A DNA stretch of 63,209 bases, counting the filler, from Welwitschia mirabilis (lineage: Eukaryota): the NCBI GenBank assembly GCA_051453625.1. It is 6 parts of one record of this genome, joined end to end, with 100 filler letters (N's around TTAATTAATTAA, not from the genome) between each part and the next. Parts side by side here need not be neighbours in the genome. Positions count along the whole stretch, not along the records: positions 34,631 to 40,594 come from JBOZIK010000001.1; positions 40,695 to 51,137 come from JBOZIK010000001.1; 4 more parts are not named here. One strand, given 5' to 3'. The notes under the pieces are model-generated. The model was not told the DNA's origin. It ran no database searches and worked only from the letters and a program-made list of their open reading frames with translations. Below, in pieces: positions 39,699-51,237 of this stretch. Each line of letters opens with the position of its first letter. The stretch's first letter is position 1. The position numbers were made by a program, and so were the translations under genes.

Positions 39699-40594
39699 TA
39701 GAGATAGAGAGAGAGAGAGAGTGAGAGAGAGAGNNNNNNNNNNAAATAGTTCCAAGAGGAGCCTTTAGCAGTGTAATATGGTAGTTATGGGAACTCCACT
39801 ATGGGGTTAGTTGGTCATGCTTCGTGGGTCCTTACTCCTCTGACAGTGGTTATACTCCCCTCATCATTGTAAAAGAAATAAAACCCTTAGTATGCCCACT
39901 TGATCATTTTACTTTTAGAGATTTTGGTGAGTTTGTAGGTAGAAATAAATGAGTCCATTTCTAAGTAACTTTTTGTTTTAACCTTCATTATTTTATGCAC
40001 TTAGAACTTTGCATCTTACCATAACCACTGCCTTTTCGAATAAACTTTATAAATTTAATACATTTTATCATGCATCTTTACTTAGGTAACGTTATGATGT
40101 TTTCCTTGGGATTTTTCTACGTTAGCACTTAAGATAGGTATACAATCTTCTCCTTGTTCCTTATGTTCATTTCCCCTCTGGTTTTCTTCCATTTTCCAAT
40201 TTACTGTTTCCAAGTCATTTCTGCACTTTCTTATTTTTTCTTAGGACTTTATCCATTTCATGCTCTTTAGCAATTTAGGATGCATTACATATTTTAAGTA
40301 GGGGAGTAGGACACATATATTTTCAGTATTTTTAAATATTTTTAAAAATTTATAAAACATTATTATAGATCCTCCTTCCGAACCAGTTTCTGAAATAGGA
40401 TTTATCGATTTTTATATGATTATTTTTATATTTGACTATTTATCACAGTGGCAGGGGGGGTTTGGGGGGGAGGGGCCTATTTATCAGTATTACTTAATTA
40501 ATGAAAAATTTAAGTTTTATCACAAGTTCCAGTTTTAAAAATCTTTTGAGGAGCCTATTGTCCCAATTATCATCTAGATGATAGTACCGGATGA
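35988..40594 (+). mobile_element. internal region of deleted Athila-like element: gag (duplicated), CCHC knuckle, protease, RT start fused to integrase tip, 3' region
   Basis: YPIFSGEPGEDPLQHI, CDLCEDSCHVIKEC (C-x2-C-x4-H-x4-C), KDSG..LIDIGASINIM, PLLLGRAF, then PISYSMWISPSMVVPKKG..IDN followed directly by *LKLY (integrase tip) at ~39060. Confidence 0.85.
39648..39733. repeat. (GA)n microsatellite
   Basis: Directly visible; runs into a gap. Confidence 0.95.
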
Positions 40595-40694
40595 NNNNNN
40601 NNNNNNNNNNNNNNNNNNNNNNNNNNNNNNNNNNNNNNTTAATTAATTAANNNNNNNNNNNNNNNNNNNNNNNNNNNNNNNNNNNNNNNNNNNN

Positions 40695-41290
40695 TGATCA
40701 AACCTTAAAAAGATTAGAAAAAGTCCTTAATAGATGTATAGAATGTGGCCTTTTCTTAAGTTGAGAAAAGATTTTATTATTAGTTAAAAGTGAAATTATT
40801 CTAGTCCATCACATTTCTAAAAGGGGAATTATAATATACCCTAAGAAAGTTGGTATCATTCAATACTTAACTCCTCCAACCAATGTTAAGTAACTTTGAT
40901 ATTTTCTTAGATATTGTGGCTTTTATTACCATTTCATATAGGATTATGCTAAAATCTATAAACCCCTACACTCATTACNNNNNNNNNNNNNNNNNNNNNN
41001 NNNNNNNNNNNNNNNNNNNNNNNNNNNNNNNNNNNNNNNNNNNNNNNNNNNNNNNNNNNNNNNNNNNNNNNNNNNNNNTCTATAAACCCCTACACTCATT
41101 ACTAAAAAACAAAGACAAATTCGATTGGAATACATCTTTTTAGCTTGCTTTCAATAAACTAAAACATAAACTCTTTTATGCCTCTATTGTAACAAGACCT
41201 GACTGGAAGAAAGATTTTGAGTTAATGTGTAACTAGTAATTTTTTTGTAGGTGGAATGCTTGGGCAAAATTATGAAAATGAGTTTAAAGT
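40695..41290 (+). pseudogene. Athila-like RT C-terminus / RNase H start
   Basis: LEKVLNRCIECGLFLS*EK, HHISKRGI..PKKV, FLRYCGFY, KPLHSLLKNKDKFDW, PDWKKDFELMC, VGGMLGQ. Confidence 0.85.
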
Positions 41291-41294
41291 TATA

Positions 41295-42353
41295 CCTGGG
41301 TATTTATAGAAGTTTTAGATGCATTTCTGAAGATTATGAAGAATTGATGGAAGATCTTAGAAATGTGCAATTCTTAACATGATTAAAGACATTTAAGGCA
41401 CATTCTGATACATAGGGCTTTGGAGGAAGATCACTAATGAAAAAGGCTAACTTCTTCTGAGTTAGAAGGGTAAAGAAGACTTTTGTCCCCTCTGTTGTTC
41501 CCCTAATAGATAGGACGATGACACTATAAATGCCACATTGGATGCTAACATGAATTAGAGCTGGCACTATTGAGTCATCTTTTATAAAGGGTTATCAACT
41601 TCATGGTCTTTATCATGACATGCAGGATGATGATTATAATGTTTAATCCATCATCCCCTTGGTTGTCCCTATGATGGCCGATATGATACTATAAGCACTA
41701 GTCGATCTTTATCCATTTCATCTGTTTCTTTTCTATAATTGAGTACATTTTGTAGTGCCTTTTGTACATTGGTTTTGCTTTATAACCTTATAAATAAGAG
41801 CTTCCCTTCAGCTCTCCTCTCCATATTCATTTGCACCAGATAGTCTTGTGATAAGAGATCAAAGGGCTAGAGATCCATCTTGCAAGTTGTAAAAAGATAC
41901 TCACTTGGTGAAGGGTTGTGCATCCTCCATTGAGGCTTGGCTAGATTGTAACCCAAATGCTAGCTCTATCTTAATACAAAACTCTATTTTTATTATGCAT
42001 CTTACTTTTGTTATGTTTCCCTTATGGTTTATGTTGCCCTTGATCTAGTGACAGTTTCATTGGTGACATAGGTCTTAAGGACAACCTTTGTTAAGGCTAA
42101 AATAAAGTAGTTTTAGGTTCATTTAACTTTTTTTTTAAATTTAGTCATACTTACATCACATCTTTACTTCTTGCATTGTTCCTAAGCTTCAATTACCATA
42201 TTTTTTTGAAAATCAATTCTCATTCTTCTCTCCTAAGTCTTCAATGAGTTACAACATTTCGATCACTTCCATTCATATTAGAGTGTGTGTTTTACAATCT
42301 ATATTTTGGTTAATAGGATTTGACATGAAGTTGCAAAAAAATGCACCACAATA
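41295..42353 (+). repeat. Athila-like LTR, 5'-truncated
   Basis: Homologous to the family LTR from roughly its 50th base; ends ATGCACCACAATA. Confidence 0.8.
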
Positions 42354-44145
42354 AGGATTGAGGCATCACTTAAACTGCTACATCCCTTAGATCCATAAGA
42401 GGATTCTTTATCAAGATGAGATCTCAAGACATCTTTATAGTGCATAATGTTATTTTTATTATATTGGCCTCACTACTCCATAGTGGTTTGGCATATACAT
42501 TTCCATAGCTTCTTCTACTATGATGTATGTTCATTCATTGTTAATCATTTCTTCTTATGCATCAAGCATTCATGGCTACATTTCTCAACCAGTATCACAC
42601 AATGATTCTAATTACTTTTGTGACGTATTCTTCTATTTAGTCTTTTTCATTGCTTCACTACGTTCGACATTATATTTTAGCACTTTGCATCTTCCTTTTA
42701 ATTGATGAAATGGGGTAGAGATAGTTATGCTATTTACTATGTTACTTTTAATACACTTTTTACAAAGATGGCTTTATTTTTAAAAATATTTGCAATGCTT
42801 AATTATGTCATATAGGAGATAAATACTCTTGCAACAAATATTTGTATTAATCATTGCACACTGTTAAGGTATTTACTTATCCCTTTGTTATAAAATTAGT
42901 TTAAATGTCTTCTTAAATTATGCCTTTTTTAATTTTCTAGAAATTAGACATAAAAGCTTATTTTACTATGAATTAGGCATAAACTTAGAAGAAGCATCAA
43001 TCTAAGGGGGAATACATTTTTTATCTAGTTGTCATTAGTGACAAAGGGGAAGATTGTTGCATCTCCTAGTTGTTAGTTGATGACAAGCCAAATATCATCC
43101 TATATGACTAATGCAGTGATGCTTCTACAAGATAAATTTTATACCTTAAAACTAAAACTCAAACATACTATTAAAGGTAAGAAAGGCACCAAAAGCATAA
43201 GATAATAGTCAAGAGCATTAGAGAGCAAACCATATAGGAACTGAAGTAAACCTATGAAAATCCTTTATGCAGTTAAGTAGCATTCTCTAAGGGCTTAACC
43301 GAATATTGTTCAATAAATGGTGACAGGTAACTAGTGGTTGGCTAGCAGACATAAGGGATCGATCAGTACCACTAACTAGTAAAATGAATAGATTGCTTTA
43401 AAAATTTCATAAATGTATCTCATGTGGTCAACAAATTCTAGTAACGGGTCAATCACCTTTAGTGAAGAAATTTTTTAGGGGTCGATAGGATCATTGAAGA
43501 GATCGATTATGAGTTTAACAGTCAGTGGAAATACAGCTGTTATGAACTATTAACAATAATCGGACAACATCTTGGGAATCTAAATGAATATTTAGAAGGT
43601 TTCAATAGTCAAATTCCTCATAATCTTGACCTACAATAGCAAGAATATTCTTTGTTTAAATAATTTAGTTGTTATAGTAAATAGGACCATTGGTCAAATT
43701 CATGGTAGCACTCTTCCATGCATCATTAATTATTCTCCTATACTCTTCTTCTATATTCAATCTCTTTATACTCAATTGTAAAAGTAAGCAAGCTAAATCA
43801 TCTTGTACTTATGGCCAAAGATTACCAAAGAATTCCAATTGTATTGGTGGAGGACTACTACAAAGTCTAGTTAGATGTGTGGTTAGAGGCTACACTTGGA
43901 ATAAAGAAAAACATGTGTGTTTTCATTAACTTTCTCATATTGCTGTTTATTTTTAATATAATTAACATGCTTAATTATTATATATGTTGTTAATTATATG
44001 GATTATCATCAAAGTTAATTTGGAATTAGTTGTTATTTATTTAGATGATATATTACAGTGTGAAAACTTAGTGTTAAACATTTAAATTGCAAAATTACCT
44101 CAACTATCCTATTCACCCTTCCCTTTAGGATAGCTTATCTTAACA
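42354..44145 (+). mobile_element. Sirevirus (SIRE) Ty1/copia 3' end with 3' LTR 43055-44145
   Basis: Upstream PPT-like AAGGGGGAA (~43005), terminal PPT ACAAAGGGGAAGAT-TGTTG, GGTCGA-type repeats in U3, and a SIRE-type LTR end CTATTCACCCTTCCCTTTAGG...TAACA. The 5' boundary is uncertain. Confidence 0.75.
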
Positions 44146-45720
44146 CTATCAAGACATTACCTTTATTAAAATTAATTATGCAAAAGCTTATGTTAGAATT
44201 GAATAAAACTCTATCTTATATTACATAGAAAAGATATGATTTTTTAATTTTGTATTTCATATGGTAAATTGTTTATTTAAAAATTCAATCATTGTCTTTC
44301 AACTATAAGATGTGTTAATTCCACCTTTTCTATTGAATGATCTATAAGCCAAGGATTTCCTTTGACTTCATAACTTTTTATCAGCATAGTATATATTTTA
44401 TGCCATACTATTTAGAGGAATAATTAGAATTCATGATATTTGTATTGGTGCAAATCCAAAGCAACTTATGAACATGTACTTTATAGATTCCTCCTCCTTT
44501 TTAGTGAAGAATTATCAATTTATAATTAAGTAATTTTGGTCTTTTTTATTCTCTCTTTGGTTCCAAAATCAATTGAAAAAAGTCTTCATTATTTTATCTT
44601 TTTCAAAATTTCATTTAACTTTTTTTGAAACTATAGAAACTTGTTTAAGATGATGAAATAATCAAAATTCTTGGGATTCTCTTTTTTTCTTAAGAGACTT
44701 CTAAACAACTATGGGACTCTATAGTTAATAAATTACCTTACAAAATAGATAAATGAAAATCTAAACTTTTCATTTTTACAATAAATATTTAGTATGTAAT
44801 AACATTTCATTTACTATCCATATACATCATTCCTCTTATTAGATTCCTACTACTTTAAGTGAATTAAAAAGTTACTTTTGTGATTTTATGTAGTTAGATA
44901 ATAATGATAGGAAAGGATTTCACTAAGTTGCATGACCAAATTATCCTAATCCAAGATAAAAAGAAGATTTTAATCTTTTTTATGGCTTTTTGCAAGATAT
45001 TTTCTATTGTCATAAGTGCTTAGCTAATTATTTTGTATGACTTGGTTTTTACATAATTAAATATTGCTTATTCAAAGAATACATTACTCAAAGAATAGAC
45101 CAAGTGGAAAGGTATTTATTTCATTAACTAGTTTATAACTCTAAGGTTATCAAAATTATTTAAAATCATTTTGCTAAAAAAAGGTTGTATTCCATGGAAA
45201 ATGATTTATAAGAAGATTATTTAAAATAATCTTGCTATTCCCTTTTCCAAGTTGCAGGATGTAGTTTCATGTTGGCTATCATTAAATGAAACCTTTGTTG
45301 CTTCTTGAATAACCTAATTAGCATGTTATCAGTTTAATAACATTATGATCTTTGTCCTATGTCTTTGCTTGAATCAAGAAATTTCATGAAAACCTTTCAA
45401 CAACTCTATGTTAATTCAAACTCTTCCCCCACTATCTATTTTTTTTTAAAAAAAAGAAGAGGAAAAAGAAAAAGAATAAAAAAGAAAAAAGACTATTTCT
45501 CAAATAGCTAATGTAACTCATGTTTAAGATAAGTATGTTTTATTTAAACTCCATATAGTAGAAACATGGAGTTTTTTTTATTCTTATAAGTCTTATGATA
45601 TGCTTTTAGAAGACATCCACTAAGAATCATTGTGATAAATTAAGGCATATTTCAAACTTAATGAATTAATAGCTATTACAAGCTAAAAGCATTTAGAAAT
45701 TATATGCCTTATCAACATAA
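44146..45720 (+). pseudogene. L1-type LINE ORF2, RT core and C-terminal region
   Basis: QDITFIKINYAKAYVRIE* (KLDF.KAYDRVEW), SISQGFPLTS*LFI (RQGCPL.P.LF), FIDSS (FADD), LGI, and KGFH*VA* (W.VAW). Confidence 0.8.
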
Positions 45721-46053
45721 TAAAACCAATTACATACCTTGTCAAAATAATAACAGTTTTTGTCATTGCCCCTTCATCAACATTTACCTATGGGTATAAT
45801 GATTTTCATCAAGGTTTACCTATTGGTAGAAGGCTGCTTCATATAAAATTTCAAGTGTCACCTACTTTTGTTATAATAATGAATATAGTTTCCAACATTT
45901 CTTGATTGTGCTTTCTATCTTAACATACTTATCTTGTACTCTTTTAAGGATTTCTTTAAAACTAATAGAGTATACTTCTTGGAGATGTGCTAATCTTCCA
46001 AGGAACTATTCCTTTGAAAGTGTTTTATACCCTACATCATTCATCCAATATGA

Positions 46054-46255
46054 AAATACAAATGTAATCATATTATTAAAGAATTAATAACTCTAGGTTT
46101 TTGGACTTAGAATTTAAGGCTTCTATTTTATTTATTCCTTTGGAACTGTTTTAGATCCTACATGCTTTATGCATCTAGAAATACCAATGTAATAATATCT
46201 TTAAAGACTTAATAACTCTAGGTTTTTAAACTTAGAGTTTAAGGCTTCTATTTTA
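46054..46255. repeat. ~77-bp direct repeat, two copies (46054-46130 and 46179-46255)
   Basis: AAATAC.AATGTAAT..TTAATAACTCTAGGTTTTT..ACTTAGA.TTTAAGGCTTCTATTTTA occurs twice. Confidence 0.85.
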
Positions 46256-47187
46256 CAAATTATAGATTCTTAGATCCGCATTCAGACTATACTCAAATGG
46301 CAATAATAAAATTGAAAGTTAATTATTAACTCTAGATATTCAAACAACAAAAATATAGTTGGAGGTTAATCATTAACTCTAACTAGTGAGGCATAGGTCA
46401 AAATAGGCCTTAACTTAGTTTCGTGAGTTTAGAATATGTTTGTTTCATAATATATGTTTTTTGTTCAAACCCTAGGCTATGCATAACATACAAGTAATTC
46501 ATAGAGTAAAGAATACAAAAGTGATTTAATAGCACTTAAAGATCATGTAGAAACTTGTTGGCTTGGTAATATTCTTCTTACAATATATTTTGGATATTTT
46601 TTAAGGTTCATAATAAAGTCTTATTCAAGATTTAATGTCCCTATAAGACATTACTGATCCTTGTAGGTACACGTCACAAATATCATGGTTTTTTTGCCAT
46701 TCAATCAATCTCTTAATCTACAATTTCAAAAATTAATTTCATATCAGCAAATCTCATCCAACATATCAATGACATATATAACTCAATCTTATTTGATTTA
46801 ATGTTAGTACATTAACATCTAACGAAAATTGTATAGGTGGTATTTAACCAATTAGTTCAATCACTTTTCATTCTTCATTTTCTCTAGACCAACCCAAGAA
46901 AGATGAAAATGTTACTAAAGTGTAAGAAAAGGACTTAACTAGAGAACATAATTTTAAACATATTTCAAATGTTATCATCCTATAAAACCAAGTTTCTTCA
47001 ATTCAATATTCCAATAAAATCTAGTATCCTTGAAAGAATCTTCGTTCCCGAACTATTCTTTCATTTCCAATACTATTTGTCCCTTCTAAATGAATGAGCC
47101 CAATTTCCACTTCTTTTTATAAGAGAAATTAGTATTATAGCTATACCTAGTAACTACTTGACTAACCTAAGTTTATGTCCCTAAAAT

Positions 47188-47480
47188 TCTGCGAGGCCAC
47201 GTGTTGCGCATTCATTCGGAGATCTGGCGTAAGAAAGCAAGAGATCCACATGGACTCGGCCTATGGTGTCTGCAAGTGTTTCACAAGGCAAAGGGAGGCA
47301 TGTTTTTCATAAAAGAATGCAAATAAAGGCGTACAAACAAGGAAGGAAAAAGTATTTCAATGGTAATATTTATTAGTTTTTCATAATGGCACCATACACG
47401 AGAAGGCATATGATCAGATATACTAGTGGCAAAATCATACATAAATAACTATACACCACCTTACATAATATTCCAAATAG
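47188..47480. promoter_or_regulatory. small CpG-retaining island with G-box (CACGTG 47198-47203)
   Basis: Cluster of intact CpGs and a GCCACGTG site in otherwise CpG-depleted DNA. Confidence 0.35.
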
Positions 47481-48879
47481 ACTCCAAAACCAATTATGGT
47501 TGTAAGAATAACAAAACCGTTTAAAGAGACCCATTACATTTCGAAAAGAAGATTCAAGTTTATAAACGTATCTTAAATTTCAATTTTACAAATATAAATA
47601 TGAAGTCATCAAATATATATATATTCTGTCACACATGTATTTAAATTTTGATTCTATAAACATGAATATAAATAGCATCACACATGAATTTTAAGGTTTC
47701 AATACAATAAGAAAATTTAAATAACAAAACAAAAATGATAATCTGCAATAGTTTTCTTGCCAGTCAAATCAAAATTATGTAAGAAAAATCATCATGGATG
47801 AAATTCCAAACTCGTAAATATATTTAAATTTCTAGTTTTACAAATACACGTATGGATAAAATTCAACAACGTATGGTACTTTATGCATTTAGTTTCCAAC
47901 ACAATTATAAATAATTATATTAAATTTCTTTTAAAACAACTCCTTGCAAACCCAAGTTAAACCTACAAATAAAAATTTCAACTATAATAGACATATATCT
48001 TAAAAACAATGTTCTATACTTTATGGATTTAGTTTTTAATATAATTTTTTTAAATAAAATAGCCATTAATATTGCACTATACGAAAACTCTAAAGAATTA
48101 GAAGATACACTACCTAACAAGGGATCCCTCCTACCAAAACAAGGGCCCCTTTTTTATGAAACAAAAATGAGGTGATCCAACATAGGGTTGATCTAATAGA
48201 AAGCGTCTAACAAAGACTAATACCATTTTTCATAGTGGCACAATAGCTCATTCTTATTATAGAAGTGGTAAGTAGATTTGGTCCACTTGTTCCATAAGAC
48301 ATCCTTTGTGTTGTTCAATCGAATGTTTTTTTTCTAGTGTTGCCTCCATACAATACCTATTCTTGTCAATGTGCTACTAAAGCACTAACTTTCCATGTGC
48401 TTGATGATCTAATCTATGGACGCTTTTAGTCTAAGACCTAATTCCACATAATGATTTCCCCAGTCCCTCATCACAGCTAGCTCATCATACTCCACTTCCT
48501 TTCTTTGGGCCTTCTCTACTCTTGGTTGCTTGTGCTTTGGTCCTCCATCCCTTCATCAACCCTTCAAGCACTACAAATCAACCTTAGGCTCTTAACCGAG
48601 GTTCTATTAAGGTTCTGTAATTGATGTTGCAAGTCAGCTTTACCTTTTCCCTATGATCTGCTACCTTTTGCTTCATTTCTTTAGTTCTTCTAATCCATCG
48701 TTCCTTCTACCTATTGTTCTTGTGACAACTCCTAAAATTGCTCCTAACTTTTGCTACCATTATGCCCTTCCTCCTCAAATGACTATACTTTATGTTCATC
48801 TGCTTTGTAGGGTGACTTCTTTACTTTCTTTTCAACCTCATGATTTTCTTTTTTTGTTTCTTCATAATCATCAATTAAG

Positions 48880-49380
48880 ATGATAACTTAAAGGCTCCAC
48901 TCTTGGGTGGGAGGATGAAGCACTTTCTATTCATTTTGTGGAGCCTACTCCTCATTGGAGGGGTTTGTTTTCTCATTTTATAGACTTAGCAGAGAAGATT
49001 CTTCATTGATGGTTTTCTCATCTATGCATTGGCTACACTATCACTATTGGTAGCATTTTCTAATTGAAACTCTAGTTTCTCTTTCTTTTTGGCATAGTGC
49101 TTAATTCTATTAGCTCTATAGTTGCACGCTTACTTCATTGTTTTGATTGAGAAACTTTTTTAGCATGCAAGGTTTTGAGATAATTTGAGACTTTTCTCAT
49201 CAATCTTGACTTAGTATGCTCAACTTTTTCTTTTAATTTCTCTACTAGAAACTATGCTATGTTAATCCTTCTTCCCTCACTTAAGACTAACAAAAAATTT
49301 AAATGTAACCTACATAGCTTCAAATGATTACGATCTTGTGTTAAGTATCAATTAATGAAATAAATTACCAGATCTCAAGG
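48880..49380 (+). pseudogene. possible decayed L1 ORF1 fragment
   Basis: RRFFIDGFLIY, SISSIVARLLH..D, CKVL..INLDL and SCVKY are spaced like the plant L1 ORF1 domain plus knuckle. Weak. Confidence 0.3.
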
Positions 49381-50946
49381 GGCATGCAGCTCCACTTTCC
49401 TAATGTGTATCCTTTTTCATTATAAGAGCCTTCCTGCCAAAGAACTTATCCCACTGTTTTAGCCTACGAAATACAAGAATCTTAGTCCTCCCTCTAGTTC
49501 AAAGGTAGATGTTTGACTCGAAGCATAGAACTTCCTTCAAGTCCATTAATGGCTTCCATCCCATCAGTTGGAGCTATTGTTGTAGCTATGCATTTTTCCT
49601 AAAATTCATCCCTTCCTCTAGTTCAAATTAAGGGTGCTTCCCCATTCTGCTTATGGCTTTCATCTTTGTTATTTTTTAACAAATTTGTTTTAGGACTTTT
49701 TTGCTCTCAATTTCTCTTTCCGAAACACACTCACATTTCACACTAGTCATAAGAAACAAAGAACTATCTTTGTATACTCTCCTATTGAACTTAATAGAGA
49801 CTACTAGTTCCCCCTTCACTTAAACCCTATCATACCTTTGCTACCATCAGATAATACCAAAAGAAATGCTCTGCGGTCTCTAGTTAGTTACAATCCCCAC
49901 AGGCCTTTGAGAATTTAAATCCTCTTCTCCTCAATCCCATCACTATTAACATCCTATTTGTAGTTATTAGTGATGTTAAAACTTTGTACTTTTCCATTAC
50001 ATACTTCTCCCATGTGTCCATCAGTTTATTGTTTATGACATACTTGTTAATTAGTAACTTTATTAATATAACTTTTCTATTACTTATAAAATGTTGATCC
50101 CTCCTTTTTTCTTCTATTGGACTCTAGTTCCTCGTTTCTTCTATTAACATGCCTATTGCTTCTTTGTTTTACACATATCCACTTCTAGGTAAGTCTTCCT
50201 CTTCTAATAGTCCTTAGCTTATTTCCCTATCCTCTTTCTTAACCAATCCTTCATTAGGACTATTTCTTTTATTTCCATGGGGACTTCTCTTTGCAAAACC
50301 TTTAGACCTTTCCTTCCTTCAATTTCCAAGTTGTTCAACTTCCCAATTATCTAAAACACAAAATCCCCTCAATGTGTCATGCAGTTCTTGTGCTTTTTCT
50401 TTATCAATTTTATGCCTAGGAAGTGTCCTTGCTTTGATTTTTTTTTGATAATATTCACTTACGTAATAAATATACTATCTTGTATTTCTTGGGTACCCCA
50501 TCCCCAATTTTATAGCTTGCATTATCATCTTCCAAGCAACTACATGAACTCTAGCTCCTTTTTTCCCTCCTTCCAAAAAGAAGTTCCTCAATATTCGATT
50601 ACTCATATTCTTCACTTTTCAAGGTACGGCTCTATTGGAGGCAGTATATTGAGTGATGAATGTCAAACTATATTTGCTAGGATAATGTTTGCCTTACTTG
50701 AGTGAAACACTACACTTCATCTATGACACTTGTTTTCTAACTTCCACAAGAATTGACTCCATCTTGAAATGAGTGGAACATAACCCCTTCTAGTTGATTA
50801 TTTTGTATGGACAACCTTATTTTAATCATATGGCATAGGCCCATGTTGAATTCAATTATATAGGTCTTAATAAAGTGCTTAGGCCTATTTTAATTTATTA
50901 ATTAGGCCCTTTCTTTTTTTTGTTTTCTTAAGTGACCATCGAAGAA

Positions 50947-51107
50947 GCTAAACTGCCTCCCTAGTTTTATTAAATTCATGTACTACATGCATTGAGGTGA
51001 GAGATATGGCATGCATTGAGGTGATGAGATATGGTGTACAATTTGAAACTTGTGGTGTGCATTGCATTTGTACACCTCATTTAATATGAGATCGAAGGTT
51101 GTTTAGC
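50947..51107. repeat. imperfect foldback (~48-bp arms) with internal 24/25-bp direct repeat; MITE-like
   Basis: 50947-50994 and the reverse complement of 51060-51107 share GCTAAAC..CCT..TATTAAAT..TGTAC..ATGCA.TG (about two-thirds identity). CATGCATTGAGGTGA(T)GAGATATGG occurs at 50986 and 51010. Confidence 0.55.
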
Positions 51108-51237
51108 GCGCTCCAGTGACCATACAAGCCAGCATCANNNNNNNNNNNNNNNNNNNNNNNNNNNNNNNNNNNNNNNNNNNNTTAATTAATTAANNNNNNN
51201 NNNNNNNNNNNNNNNNNNNNNNNNNNNNNNNNNNNNN

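Noticed and set aside
33460..42358. Pairing LTR 33465 with LTR ending 42353 as one element
   Set aside because: The flanks TTCAG and AGGAT do not form a TSD, two linker gaps intervene, and an RT/RH fragment sits out of order.
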